This document shows, one piece after another, positions 28,087 through 40,451 of a stretch of DNA of 64,000 bases; the stretch's first letter is position 1, and every line of letters starts with the position of its first letter. The notes beneath the pieces are model-generated. The model saw only the letters and a program-made list of their open reading frames with translations, was not told the DNA's origin and searched no databases. Origin of the DNA: Phoronis australis. Its lineage: Eukaryota; Animalia; Phoronida. The stretch is from assembly GCA_002633005.1 (NCBI GenBank), contig NMRA01000392.1:76188-140187 (forward strand). The letters run 5' to 3'. The position numbers were made by a program, and so were the translations under genes.

Positions 28087-29147
28087 TAGTCTAATAGAAT
28101 CATATACTTATTATTGGCAGCAAATTGTAAAAACATAAACCCAAGCCTTTGAATTGTTGTTCGTACCCCATATAAGGATATTTAAATATTATTACTTGCA
28201 CAGAAAAGTGTTTCCTAAGTTTAGTTCAATGAAAATGAAAATTGTTCAAGACTATAAGTGTAGCTTTGGCGGGAAGATAGAAAAATTTATCCATTTATTT
28301 TTCGAATGTTATTTTACCAAAAAACTGAGGTCCAAAGTGCAAACAATGTTAAGAAAAGTATTATCTAATGAAATATGTTAATCTGAAGAAGCAATATTAA
28401 TAAATTAGTTTGGTTCCAATTATAATGAGGTTAATATAGTATTAACTATAACACAATTATATTATATATATAATTATGTATGTAGCAAGGATCAAACTAT
28501 TCCCAAGTTTAATAATTTTAAAACCTTACAAAAAGTTTGAGTACCTACAACTAATATTTTGTGAAATAAAAACAAGGCCACAGTAAATCACTGTAAAGTC
28601 AGAGCTAGGGTTCTGTTAAACCTGGAAATGATTTATTTACAACCCAGAAAGTAATTTCCAAGCTGGTTAGATATCCTGAAGAGAGTGAAGCCAGAGTAAC
28701 TCTAACTTGATTATGGTATGGCCATCAGGTAAATTACATTAGGTATGCCTGAACACAGGAACATATGGGGATACCAATAGTAGTGCTGTTCTGATGTACC
28801 GTACTTTGAAATCCCAGAAATATTTCAGGAAATTTTTTTACCAATTCCACAATAAATGACATGTCCCCAAAGAATTCATCAATACTGGGAAGTTATGATG
28901 CCTCTATTCAGGCAAACACCGACAGTAACACAAAAAGGATGACCTTTTCAGGGAAGCTCCCCACAAATGGGTCCCTTTTTTCCAAGTCCACTCTCTGAGT
29001 GGATATCCTAATTTAGCAGTTGCACCTCTCCAAGCCAAAAATGTAGTGCAATACCTGAGAGATTCATTCCCACGATTTAAAAAAATAGCACGTTCAATTC
29101 CCAACTTCTCAGGGTGCTAAAGACCAATGATTCACGACTGCATTTTA

Positions 29148-30404
29148 TGGTGCTTTCACATTAGAGGCGAAACTTCGCCTTTACCAAAGTTTCGGTAAGT
29201 GGGAAAGGTTAACTCTGGTAGTTAATCTGCAAACAAAACTTCGCTGAAAATAGTAGGATTTAAAAGCGAAGCTGTGGTACTAAACGAAACTTCGGTGTAG
29301 TGCCGGAACTATCAGAGCGAAGCTTCATCAAAGTTATCGGTAGAGGTCATGGCAATGATATACGATCACAAAAGACTCTCAAAATGTGTTCTTTGTTATT
29401 GCAGCATAGCCGACGTGCTCTCAATAGATGCACGAAAATAAATAAATGAAAGTATATCTGATGAAGAATGACACTGATCATTCACATAAACACTGTAAAC
29501 TGAAGCTACCCATTGATACAAATAGAGAATGAAGTGTAATTTAAATTGTCAATATTATCGAAAAAAAAGTTGGGGATTTTTTCATGCAACACCCCCAATT
29601 TAAGGACTAAGTCCATTTATTTTCAATGAACTCTGGGCTCAGTTTTCAGTTATGTTTATTTAGTAGAAAATGTCATTAATCAAAGAGGAGCTCATAATAA
29701 AGATGAAATGATAGAAAAATATTGCATCTCAATAAGTCCATAAAGACACAAATACACAAAAAGACTTAGGGACCTACTTCAAACTGTTTCGTGCAACAGG
29801 TCACAGACCCTTTCTTAGATCAGCATGATAACCTACAGACAAAAAATTCACCTTTCCCATTAACCAGGTTTCATTGTCCAAACTTTAGCTCCACTTTACT
29901 GAAGCGTTGCTATGCTGGATTGCCGATTCAATCCAAATACTTACTGGTTAAGAGAATTAGGCAATCACTAAATACTGGACCCGTATTTTAGTGGAGGAAA
30001 CTGGTTCTCTACATCAGAGATGGCTATATCGCACCAGTGTCCTTAATTATCAGAATCTCGGTTTTGTCTGATCACCAGTTACCACTGACTACTAGTCCAG
30101 TTTAAGATTTGCCACTTAGACAGTAAACAGTGAGCAACATCTAGAGCGAGCAAAATGTCGGGAAGAACTCCACAAGTGGCAAGACACTTTAGAACGGTCA
30201 ATAAAAATACTTCTGACCTAACCTTTTGCATTGCGCTAACATAATCGTATTAACTTTGGTGTGCTCTTTTCAAGCGTACTAACTTTCAAACCATCCCAAA
30301 CTTAAACCCGTATCAACCAAATTTTGTACAGGGTCTAAAATTATAGTGACTGAGAAAAAGGAATTGTTATTCCACCGTTCTAAATTTGTAATGTGAAAGG
30401 CACT
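29148..30404. mobile_element. Putative Harbinger-like non-autonomous element
   Basis: Inverted termini GGTGCTTTCACATTA / TAATGTGAAAGGCAC; repeated CGAAACTTCG motifs near the left end. Confidence 0.45.
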
Positions 30405-31549
30405 ATAGTGTGGCACGTTACTCTAAAGGAGTCTACAATTTGAAGTTTATTGTATCCTAATCTTTTTTATTGTGGACAGGCAAATGAACTCCCTGTAGCA
30501 AGTTTACACAGTCATTTACTGAAATAGTTTCTAAACATTGAACACAGCATAAGGTGCCTAAATTTGAGTCAGGGTGAGCGCTTGGAAGCTCGCTTGATGA
30601 AGGACTGAAGTAACTAACACTCCCTCCCCACACCGGTCTATCACGTTACATGTGACACTAGTTTCCCAGAAGAGCACCTTTGGTTTTATAACAATTTTTG
30701 CAGTCAAGGTCCGGTATCAAAAAAGCCAATTTCCGACAAACCACTGCAAATTACAGTACAATTAAGCTCCCAGGGTACTAATCAATTTTGTATTCACCAC
30801 AACTGGCAAAATTAGTCGCATGCACATTAGTCGCTGGATAAAGTGAAAATTACAACAACAAGGCAAGGTGTAACACTGATCGAACGTACTTGAAGGCAGT
30901 GCGACAGTCAGTAATAATATGAGTGCTGTGGCAATGCTTTTCACAATTTAAAAAAGAACTGATTGGTCAGCTTTGAGAAGTTGAACAGCTGCTGATCAAA
31001 ATTAAATCTGATCAAAACGTGAAAATGAAAGTGCAAAGCCTTTAACTTCAAGTTGAGAGTCCATTACAGACCCAATGTTAACTTACACAGTCAGGTTAAT
31101 GTAAGGTGAGCACTCAGCCTCGAGGCAAAAGTGTTTGGGAGAAGTTTGGTCAGTGAGAAAAGTCAGTCAAAAATATTCGCTAAGTGAATAAAGGCGTCAA
31201 CAGAGGAGTTCAAATTTCGGTTTTACCGTATATACACGTAATTCCCTGAAATAATGTGATTAAATAATTTTGCTCACTGCGCAGGCATTTGCACAAAGCT
31301 TTGGTTTTTGTAGGCAGAGGTCAGGCAATCCCTCTTTCAAGTGCATGTCTCAGAAACTCAGGGTGTGATTGTGCATACTCAGTAGTAAACAAAAATATTG
31401 AAAATTCATGAATATTACTACTGTATTCACCGTAATAACCGCCCATGCCCCTATACGCGCCCCCCACGCGTTTTCAGACTTTGCTAAAATAAGCGCCCAG
31501 TCCATGAACGTGTACATGCGAAAAATGCTTTACCTACAGCCCTAAAATT

Positions 31550-31857
31550 CTACAGTAACGTCTTCAATTTATCGATAATATCCGACAGTCCTAAAAAAAC
31601 CATTGTGCACAGAATTTGTAGACCATGAGCCTCGCCGCTATGTCGGTATTTAGCCGTGACTATACACTTCAAACTTCCGCCATGCCTCAAAACGAACACA
31701 AAAGTTTTGCTGATCTTGCGAGGCCCAATGGTCTAGCCTTTCAGAACAGACGTAGTGTACTTGTCTACGAGATTGCTTTGTAAATATTTCTCGCTTTCAA
31801 CAGGAATCCAAATTTCTTTGTACACATGAAAACTGTGAATCGAAGACTACAAAAAAG
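31550..31857 (-). pseudogene. Near-complete stand-alone HIRAN-like domain with two in-frame stops
   Basis: One frame reads FL*SSIHSFHVYKEIWIPVESEKYLQSNLVDKYTTSVLKG*TIGPRKISKTFVFVLRHGGSLKCIVTAKYRHSGEAHGLQILCTMVFLGLSDIIDKLKTLL*. This matches the invertebrate HIRAN-like pattern RGxHVYKxIWxP...NxxDxYAV...GHxPRxIS...FLxxGG...CxVTG...GLExPC. Missed by the ORF track. Confidence 0.8.
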
Positions 31858-32061
31858 CTTGGACTGAGTGTTAAAAGCACGTGGCCAGGAAGCGCGCGCT
31901 ACATACATGAACCTGTCATCGAAGACATTAGTCGGGAACTATCCATTCAGGAAACGCCGTAGCATAGCATCGGCAAGAAATGAGTATTGGCACTAATTTC
32001 CGACAGTTTCTAATACTATAAATAAATTGTCGCGTTATTTTTAAAATGAATTGTTTGATTA

Positions 32062-33470
32062 CCATATTCGCCATAATAACCGCCTAGGGCGCTTAGAAAA
32101 ATTCGGTTCAGGCGGGCCCTTATTATAACCCAAGGCGGTTGAAACCCGGTCTCCGAAACGGGTGAAATCGGAAGCTAAGTTTCATCAAATTTACGCTCTG
32201 TGACGAATCTGTAATCTATGAAAGACTTTTAACAAAACTGTGGTGCATTGCTATCAAACTTTGCTACTAAATTACGATCATTTTACAGAAAATTGTGCTA
32301 AAATACCAGGGCGAAAACTCGCCGACTGACTGCCTCGAAATCGCCGTCTTCGATATGGCGGCTTGAATAAAAATAGTTTCGACTCAAGCAAATTACCTGA
32401 AATCTTCATTAGTTTTTTCTAAAGTCTCTAAGATTTTTTCTTAAGTTCCTGTGGAGTCTGGATTAACGGCAGGTTTAAGTACAAATCTGTGCAACATCGT
32501 GCCATCAACATGTATGATCGGCAACACGGCGAGAAAAATGTCTGGACGAACACACATGTTGTTAACACGTGACGTTTGTTTTGAAGTTCGTCTGCGTTTG
32601 CGAGTAAGCGAGCGCGTGAGTTCACTTGCCAAAGCAGAGACAGTCTTTTGGTCAGAGCCACGCAATCTAACGCGCTAGATGTGCATTAGTTGTGTCTAAA
32701 GAAATTTGCACAAGCAGTAGACCTAAACCAGAGCGTGTTTCATTCAGCACTTGCCGGTCTCGTGTGCTAAAAACGTTCGACATTTATCTCGGTAAGGCCC
32801 ATATTAGTCGCCGTGTAGCTGGATGCGTATGCACATGTAAGTACCTGACAGTTATTTTTCGGTGTAAGGGTGTGTAAGCATTCACTGTCAGTTGTCATTT
32901 TATCGGATATTCCGCTTAAAAACACCAATTATGGTTAATCAAACAATCTATCTCAAAAATAACGCAAACATGTTTTATAGTATTAGAAATTGTCGGAAAT
33001 TAGTGCCAATATTCATTTCTTATCGATGCTATGTTACCCGTTTTATGAATGGATAGTTCCCAACTAATGTCTTTGATGACAGGTTCATATATGTAGCGCG
33101 CGCTTCTTGGCCATGTGTGTTTTAACACCAAGTTATTTTTCTTCATGAGACAGTCGATGTGTCTACTGAAAGGTCAGACCATAGCAGGACACGATCGTCG
33201 CGTGAGAAGCAACGCTGTTGCGTTCTTTTTGAAGCGATACGTTACTTTGAAATGTATAGTCACGGCTAAATACAAACGTAGCAGTGCCGCTGGTGGTCTA
33301 GAAGACCCGTGCAAAAAATTTTTGATAAATTGAAGACGTTACTCTAGCCGAGCTTTAGGACTGTAGGTACGTCATTGTTCGCATGTACACATGGGCGCTT
33401 ATTTCAGCAAAGTCTGAAAACGCATGGGGGGTGCTTATAGGGGCATGGGCGATTGTTACGGCGAATACGG
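32062..33470 (+). mobile_element. Tc2/pogo-like HIRAN-carrying TIR element (copy 3, inner, opposite orientation)
   Basis: TA|CCATATTCGCCATAATAACCGCC ... GGGCGATTGTTACGGCGAATACGG|TA, with TSD TA at 32060-61 and 33471-72. Partial HIRAN relic LKGQTIAGH...FFLKRYVTLKCIVTAKY...GGLEDPC at ~33165-33347. Confidence 0.9.
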
Positions 33471-35759
33471 TAACCGTAATTGGTGTTTTTAAGCCAAATA
33501 TCCGATGAAATGACCACTGAATGCTTACACACCCAGGTTACACTGAAAAATAACTGTCAGATAGTTACGTACGCATCCAGACACATGGCGACTATTAATG
33601 CGGGCCTTACCGAGACAAATGTCGAACGTTTTTGGCACATGAGACCGGCAAGTGCTGAATGAAACACGCTCTGATTTAGGCCTACTGCTTGTGCAAATTT
33701 CTTTACATACAATGCACATCCAGCTCGTTAGATTGCGAGGCTCTGGCCAAAAGACGGTCTCTGCTCTGGCAAATGAACTCTGGTGACACACACGCGCTTG
33801 CTTACTCACAAATGCAGACGAACTTCAAAACAAACGTCACATGACAACAACATGTGTGTTCATCCAGACATTTTTCTCATGTTGCCGATCATACATGCAG
33901 ATGGCATAATGTAGCACAGATTTGTACTTAAACCTGCCATTAATCCCGACTCCAAGGGAACTTAAAAATCTTAGGGACGATACTTGGAAAACTTCAGGAT
34001 TCAGGTAATTTGTTTGAGTAGAAACTGTATTTTATTCAAGCATTCAAGTCGCCATATCAACGATTGCCAGGCAGTCAGTGGGCCAGTTTTCGCCCTGGGA
34101 TTTCAGCACAATTTTCTGTAAAATGATCGTAATTTAGCAGCAAAAGTTGATAGCAATGCACCAGAGTTTTGTAAAAAAGTCTTTCATAGATTACAGATAT
34201 GTCACAGAGCGTAAATATGATGAATCTTAGCTTCCGATTTCACCCGTTTCGGAGACCGGGTTTCAACGGCCTTGGGTTATAATAAGCGCCCCCCCTATGA
34301 AACAAACTTTTCTAAGCGCCCTGGGCGGTTATTATGGCGAATATAGTACTTTGTAAATAACTTGTAGTTTGGTTTTATTCAAATGTTTTGCATATAGCCA
34401 CAACATCAAACCCAATTCAGCACAGAGACACAGGTAACCACAAGTACTGTAGGCAAATGGGTCTAAATAGGTCATGATTTCAAGTCATCTGAGTGAATGG
34501 GTCTGTTGTGTGTCAACAATGACCAGTGTCCTGTTGGTATTTTTTACCTTTACTGCCAACTGCCTCACAGGGCTTTGCTGCTTTTAAGGTTATCTCAAAC
34601 ATTTACTCACAAAAATTAGCCATTCTTACAATATTTCACATGTGTCTAGCTAAATACCAAGTATCTTCATTCTCAGGGAACTTCAAATACAAAATATATA
34701 TTGTGTAGTTAAATTGGTTCCAAATGACCTACTACAGTAGGTTTAGATTCAATCAATTTAAACAAAACCTGCCTGCATTTAACACACTTCCTAAAGTGAC
34801 TTGTCCTGCAAACACAGTTCAAATAGACTGAAAGTCCCCAATGTAAATGGGATTTGAGTGTGTATTAATTTTTCATCAAAACTTGGTTTTCTAGCTGTAA
34901 CCTTGAAAATGAGGTCAAGGTTACAAAATTAGACTGGACCACTGAGATGCCCCTTCTACACCTTGGAACAAAATTTTCTGTCATGATAATTGCGCTAACA
35001 TTGAACATTCTCAAAAATTGTCAATTGGCTGTGAACCACAATAATGACGCCAAGGTCACTAAAAGTGAGGACTAACTGGAAATGCCCCACATACACTTTG
35101 GTACAAAATATAAACGAAATCTTATTCTCTCTGTTTGAGGAACAAGTCCCTGTGCTCCTACAAATCCTCTACAAAGCTATTCGTAGAAGGTGAGACAGTC
35201 TCTGGAAGTGACACCACAGACTTGAATTTTAGCTAAAGAGTATTTGTCACAATAATCGTTTATACCAGTCAAAACCGAAACCAACAAATGTTGGTTGTAT
35301 ATAGCGACCGTCTTGGCCATTATTTTTGACGACCAGAATTTTATTTTGGATGGGTTAGACGGGATGGACAGTATTAAAAAAGACAGGCAATATTAACAGC
35401 TCAAATAATAATGCTATCAGTTATTTCAGAAATAAGACATTTATTGTGCAAAAAATGCTTTCTTAGCACATTTTTCAACATTACATGCGCCCCATGACAC
35501 TGATCAGACTTGCCAGAAGCCCAACTGTTAATGGGAACCCATGTGATTTTATAAAGCAATGAATAACGTTTCTTCCACTGCCTTGTCATTTATTGTAAAA
35601 ACTCTGAGCAGATGGCATGATAGACATTTTTTTACAATCAACTACATAAAATCTGCAGTTTTACAAAATTCCAAGTAAATGATAGTATGGGTTATCGACT
35701 ATCAATTAGTGCCAACGGAATGTCTTTGGACAGTGAAGAGCAGAGGACATGGTACTTAC

Positions 35760-36176
35760 CTTGAATGGACCTCTTGAAGAAAGCCTTGCATGCCTCACAC
35801 GAGCTAACACCGTAGTGATAACCGGACGACACATCACCACAGACCAGGCAGAGTCTACGTTCGCTACTAGCTCCATTCTCCGAGTCATCAAGGTCAGAAA
35901 GCGAGTATGTGCTTGAGATTAGGAAGTCCTGGCTGGTAAAGCTCGATTTCCTATCCAGCTGAGTGCTACTAGAGGGCGAGGGCACTTCGAAGTTGCCGTC
36001 GAATGACGGGTCATTGCCCTTGCTGGCTGTGAAAGTCTCGTCATCCGACTCAAACGAGTCGCCCATGTCAGGAAAGACGCGTAAGGTACTGTTCTGCTCA
36101 CTCAACCATACTGGCTCCGACTTGATAGCAGAGACGCCATTACACATGTTGAAGGTAGACATGTCTTCTAGGCATG
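35760..36176 (-). CDS. ERR: Internal coding exon of an estrogen-related receptor-like nuclear receptor (A/B region plus first C4 zinc finger)
   Basis: Encodes [34 protein letters not shown] (ERR-type P-box CEACKA) and an IKSEP motif. Acceptor TTTTCCTATTGTTACAG|C at 36177/36176 and donor CAAG|GTAAGT at 35760/35759; 417 bp, phase 1 at both ends, with the intron after IQG as in NR3 genes. The ORF track 35692..36255 overruns both splice sites. Confidence 0.93.
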
Positions 36177-36366
36177 CTGTAACAATAGGAAAAGTAACAT
36201 TTTCAAATGTATAGTCCCACTTTACGAGATAATTCTTCATCAATTTGGCACACAATATGGCAAATCGGTGAAATTTTTGTCAATAGATTAATATTAATTT
36301 TACCAACCTTACTTAAGACGCTTCTAATGTTTTAACATGAAAAAGTTTTACAACCTTTGTTCCCTG

Positions 36367-36635
36367 AGGCCCATTCCAACAAACTGACTTAAGTTCATTT
36401 TTGACTAAGTCTAAGATTTGTCTCTATACCTCCAAACTTTGAAGCTTCCATATCCGGTAAGTTAGTCCCAATTAAGAAAAAAATTAAGTCAAAAAATTAA
36501 GTAATAAACTGAAGTCAAACTAATTTTTTTTCTAGAAATGGACTCGGTTGAGGAGACAAATTCAAGTTTTATCTCAAAATTGACTGAAATTTATAAGATT
36601 AATCTCGGCCAAGTCAGTTTTCTTGGAACGGGCCC
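36367..36635. mobile_element. PIF/Harbinger-like MITE, 269 bp
   Basis: TIRs AGGCCCATTCCAACAAACTGACTT / AAGTCAGTTTTCTTGGAACGGGCCC with 3-bp CTG TSD. Confidence 0.75.
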
Positions 36636-37030
36636 CTGGACTATAAATCCACAGGTAATCAGTACATGAACACTACATTTTGCTAAAAACTGTACATAAA
36701 TGTCATAACTTCGCAATATGATCGACAGAAGAATCCCAGGCTTTCCGTCTGATTAAGATGGATCACACAGTGAGAATTATAACTCAAATACTGTGGCAAT
36801 GTGTATTTCTTCCATCTTCAATGACTGATCTGCCAAATAACACAGGCCAGAAAAATATCCATGTATGACTATGAAAATTGACTATTTCGCTTGTTTAAAC
36901 TCACCAACTTTTTCACAAAAATGGTAGAAACTAAATTTTAACAATCAGAGAATATCAAAGAGAAAACATAGACAGAAAATGTGTGATAATTCTAGGCATC
37001 ATAACTCTAGGTAAACCTACCGTAATTAAA

Positions 37031-38316
37031 AACAAAAGCAACGTGGAGCGTTCAAATGCGCCCACGAATGCATAGCAAATGGTGTGCTTTTTGGTTTATT
37101 TATTTGTATCATAAAAATGGCCACTAGATGGCACAAAAACATACAATTAATCCAAGAACAGGAACATGCCATATTTCATAAAAATCTGTCAAGGAACTTC
37201 AGAGAAACATAGGAGAACAGAACAAAATGAAATTGCCACTAGAGGGCACAGTGTCCGTTAGATCTGCCTGAAAGTCACCGTCTGTTGTTATCTTCATGTA
37301 AACACACTTACAAAATTTAGTAAAGATCCTGCAGTGGGTTTAGGAGATACAATTATGGGCACAAAACAAAACTACCACTAGGAAGCGCCACAGTAGTCAG
37401 TCACCATCATCAAAGGTCCTCTTCACACTGAGAACAAATATGCCAATTTTCAAATGATTTGGTTGATACAGGGGTGGACGCCAAAAACAAGATTTGAAAA
37501 CAGCAAAAATGGCCACTAGGCGGTGCAAAATACCTCGATTCCATCCAAAAACAGAAAGATAGCCTCATCACACCAATATATGCCTATATTTAAAATTTTA
37601 TGAAAATCTGTTGAGGACCTTTGAAGATACAGAGTTAAACTTAAAAAACTAAAATTGCCACTAGGGGCCACAGCAGTTGTCATATCTGTCCAAAAGTCAT
37701 CGTCATCCATAGTCAACATCATATATTAATACACTTGCTAAATTAAGTAAAGATCCTGCAAACGGTTTAGGAGATACAGCCAATAGGTGCAAAAAAAACA
37801 AAACTGCCACAAAGAGGGACCACAGTAGTCAAAATAGTCGGAAAATCATCGTCAACCGTCCTCTTTATAGCTAACACATACATGCCAATTTTCACAATCA
37901 TCCTTTGAGCAGTTTGGTTGATACAGGGGTGGACGCCAAAAAAACAAACTCGAATATAGCAAAAATGGCCACTAGGTGGCACAAATTACGTCAAATCCAT
38001 CTGAAAACGAGAGGATAGTTTCATTTCACTAATAGATGCCTAAATTCCAAATTTTATGAATCTACGTCGAGGACTTCGGAAGATATATAGAGATAAGCGT
38101 AAAAAACTAAAATTGCCACTAGGGGGCACACTGGTAGTCGGAGAGGTCCAAAATTTGTCGTCATTTGTCATCAGCTTCATAGGAACACAACTGCCAAATC
38201 TCATCAAGATCCTGTGAGGGGTTTAGGAGATACAGCAGCAAATGCCGGACGACGGACGCCCGGACAGACAGAGATGACGGCAATATGTGACCACATATAA
38301 ATATGTGGGCGCATAA
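37031..38316 (+). mobile_element. Helentron-associated non-autonomous element (HINE/DINE-like) with internal tandem units
   Basis: Starts AACAAAAGCAACG; subterminal inverted repeat ATGCGCCCAC / GTGGGCGCAT; (GACG/GACA)n microsatellite and a hairpin near the right end; ~140-160 bp internal repeat units; A-rich flanks and no TSD. Confidence 0.75.
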
Positions 38317-40451
38317 TAAATTAGTACTACTAAAAATGAAAACAGCAACTCTCGAGATTTTGTAATGAATTGAATTGTCTGATTAATTTCCCTTCCCCCA
38401 AATGGAACTGATTCACTCAAAGATGTTTTCTCAGAATCTGCAAAATTGGAACATGAGAAAAAACAACTTCACTTAGACATAAAGCCTTGATCAAACCACT
38501 ACAATGATAAATGTTTGTCCCCCCCCCCGAGCAGAACAACGTAACCTAGTTTCGGCTCAAAATAAAACCTAAGTCGTGTTCTGGGTCACTAGGGACCAAA
38601 TGCAAACGGAGAGCTACGTGTCTCCAATGCAAATGAGTTCAGCTCATAGCTCGTGTCAATGGCCAAATGAATCCAGAGGATTTTGCCTCCTAAGAGTTCA
38701 GACTAGCGAGGTGAATAAGCCAATGCTGGTATGATTTTCAAGGAAAGTTACATGTACCTTAAAATCCATGGTACAGAGTCAGAAAGCTATAAACTATTGT
38801 AAGGGTAAGCTGTACTACCTTATCCAACTCATGCTCCTATTGAGATGATTATATAATAGGCAACCTCCAAAATTAATGACACAAGTGTGAGATATGCTTT
38901 TAAACGATTTTTCTCTATAAATTAAAAAAAACAGTCAAAAATGCCCCCCCTCCCACTGATTTCAGAGCAAAAAGTTGTGCCATGTTTAACAGGTAGGTTA
39001 TATAATTAGACAAAGGGCAGCAGAATACACTCATACAATTACTGAGCTAGTTAAATATGGGCAAAATGCCTTCCCAGGTATCTTGCTCATTCTCTTTGTT
39101 TTAAGTGTTGCAATTGGAGAATTACTGTACATCCAGCAGTACTAATAGCAGAATGGTCTCACTTAATGGATTTCTTTAATGTGCTGAACATGAATCCTCA
39201 CCCACAGGTTGTGAGCTATTAGTGAGTTGTTTGTCTGTTACCTTTGCAACTTAATTAATACATCACCTCACAACAACAAATCTTTCTCCTTGACAAATAG
39301 TAACCCTGTGTACTACATTTACATTGTTTACTGACTAACATATTTTTCCAGTCAGTGAACATTTAGCCTCAATGTGTCACTCACTCAGAGATGATGTAAA
39401 TTTCAGTTGAGTCAGACAGTTGAAAATATGAAAACTAATCACAACTGTTACAAAAAGCCTGATGGTGTTCTTTGGCCTATTTTAGCTGTATATTCCTTGG
39501 AAACCAGACGACCAAAGAATACAGAAAAACATTGTTCAGAGAACAAAAAAGACTAGCCCATCACAGTGACTGGCCGGTTTCTATATCTTGATATTTAGGT
39601 GTCATAGCGACAGCCACCTCAGAAGACAAGTGGTTTGTGCTTTATGAGGTAGAGTATCTGAGAGATTGTCACACCTAAAACTTGTAATAAAGAAGCTGTG
39701 CTCAAATGGTGACACTTGGGAAAATCCAGTTGGAGTCTGCACTTATTTTTTCTGGTCTATTGATCCGTTCCACATGAGTTTCTCCAGACATCACTGTCAG
39801 TTCATTCCACCTTTCACTACTTTCACACTGCAAACTGTCTAAAAGGCCGGTATTTTCACCAGCACTTTTGTTAGCATTTTCGCTAGTAGAAAAAAATGCC
39901 TGTCACATGAACATTTAAAAGTGCCACTTTCGATGGCTGTGGGTTTGAGTTACTCCACAACAGCTAGTGCTCTCAGCAGCATTTCCTACTTCAAAGGACA
40001 TATGCAATGGGGTAGACCTTTGTTTATCCTCACATTAAAAATTTATGTCAGAGTGAACTGTTTTGACATCAACTGAGCATTCGTCACAACTCCCTCAAGA
40101 TCAAAACTATGTTTTGTCTTCGTGGTTGCGACTGATACTAGTGGCCGAATTTCGGACATTAAAGACAGCGCCCAGCCGCTAAAACACCTTTAAGACACCA
40201 GAAATGTACGTATTGTACATAAAAAATATTGTTTTTGCTTCTTACACACCACCGAAAGTAATTAATTGCAACGCAAAGTACATCGCTCATAATTCATAGC
40301 CCCTTCGAGCACCCCAGAAAATATCTCAACCAATCAGCGTAAAGTGGTTCATATGACATCATTGTGGCCACGAAATTAGTGGGAAGCCACACTGCATAAC
40401 AGCTGAGTGCTATTTCTTGGACGTTCTGTACTTATGGATCTCTGGGCTAAA

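Larger units (their letters stand above)
31421..34346 (-). mobile_element. Tc2/pogo-like HIRAN-carrying TIR element (copy 2, outer), containing nested copy 3
   Basis: TA|CTGTATTCACCGTAATAACCGCCC ... GGGCGGTTATTATGGCGAATATAG|TA. The two halves (31421-32061 and 33473-34346) rejoin seamlessly once the inner copy is removed. Confidence 0.88.

Noticed and set aside
35692-36255. 187-aa ORF as a complete single-exon gene
   Set aside because: Both ends run into intron sequence past clear splice sites, and only one zinc finger is encoded.
37121-38127. Regularly spaced conserved motif as a CRISPR-like repeat-spacer array
   Set aside because: The intervening sequences are homologous to each other with a three-unit period, so this is a tandem repeat inside a HINE-like element.
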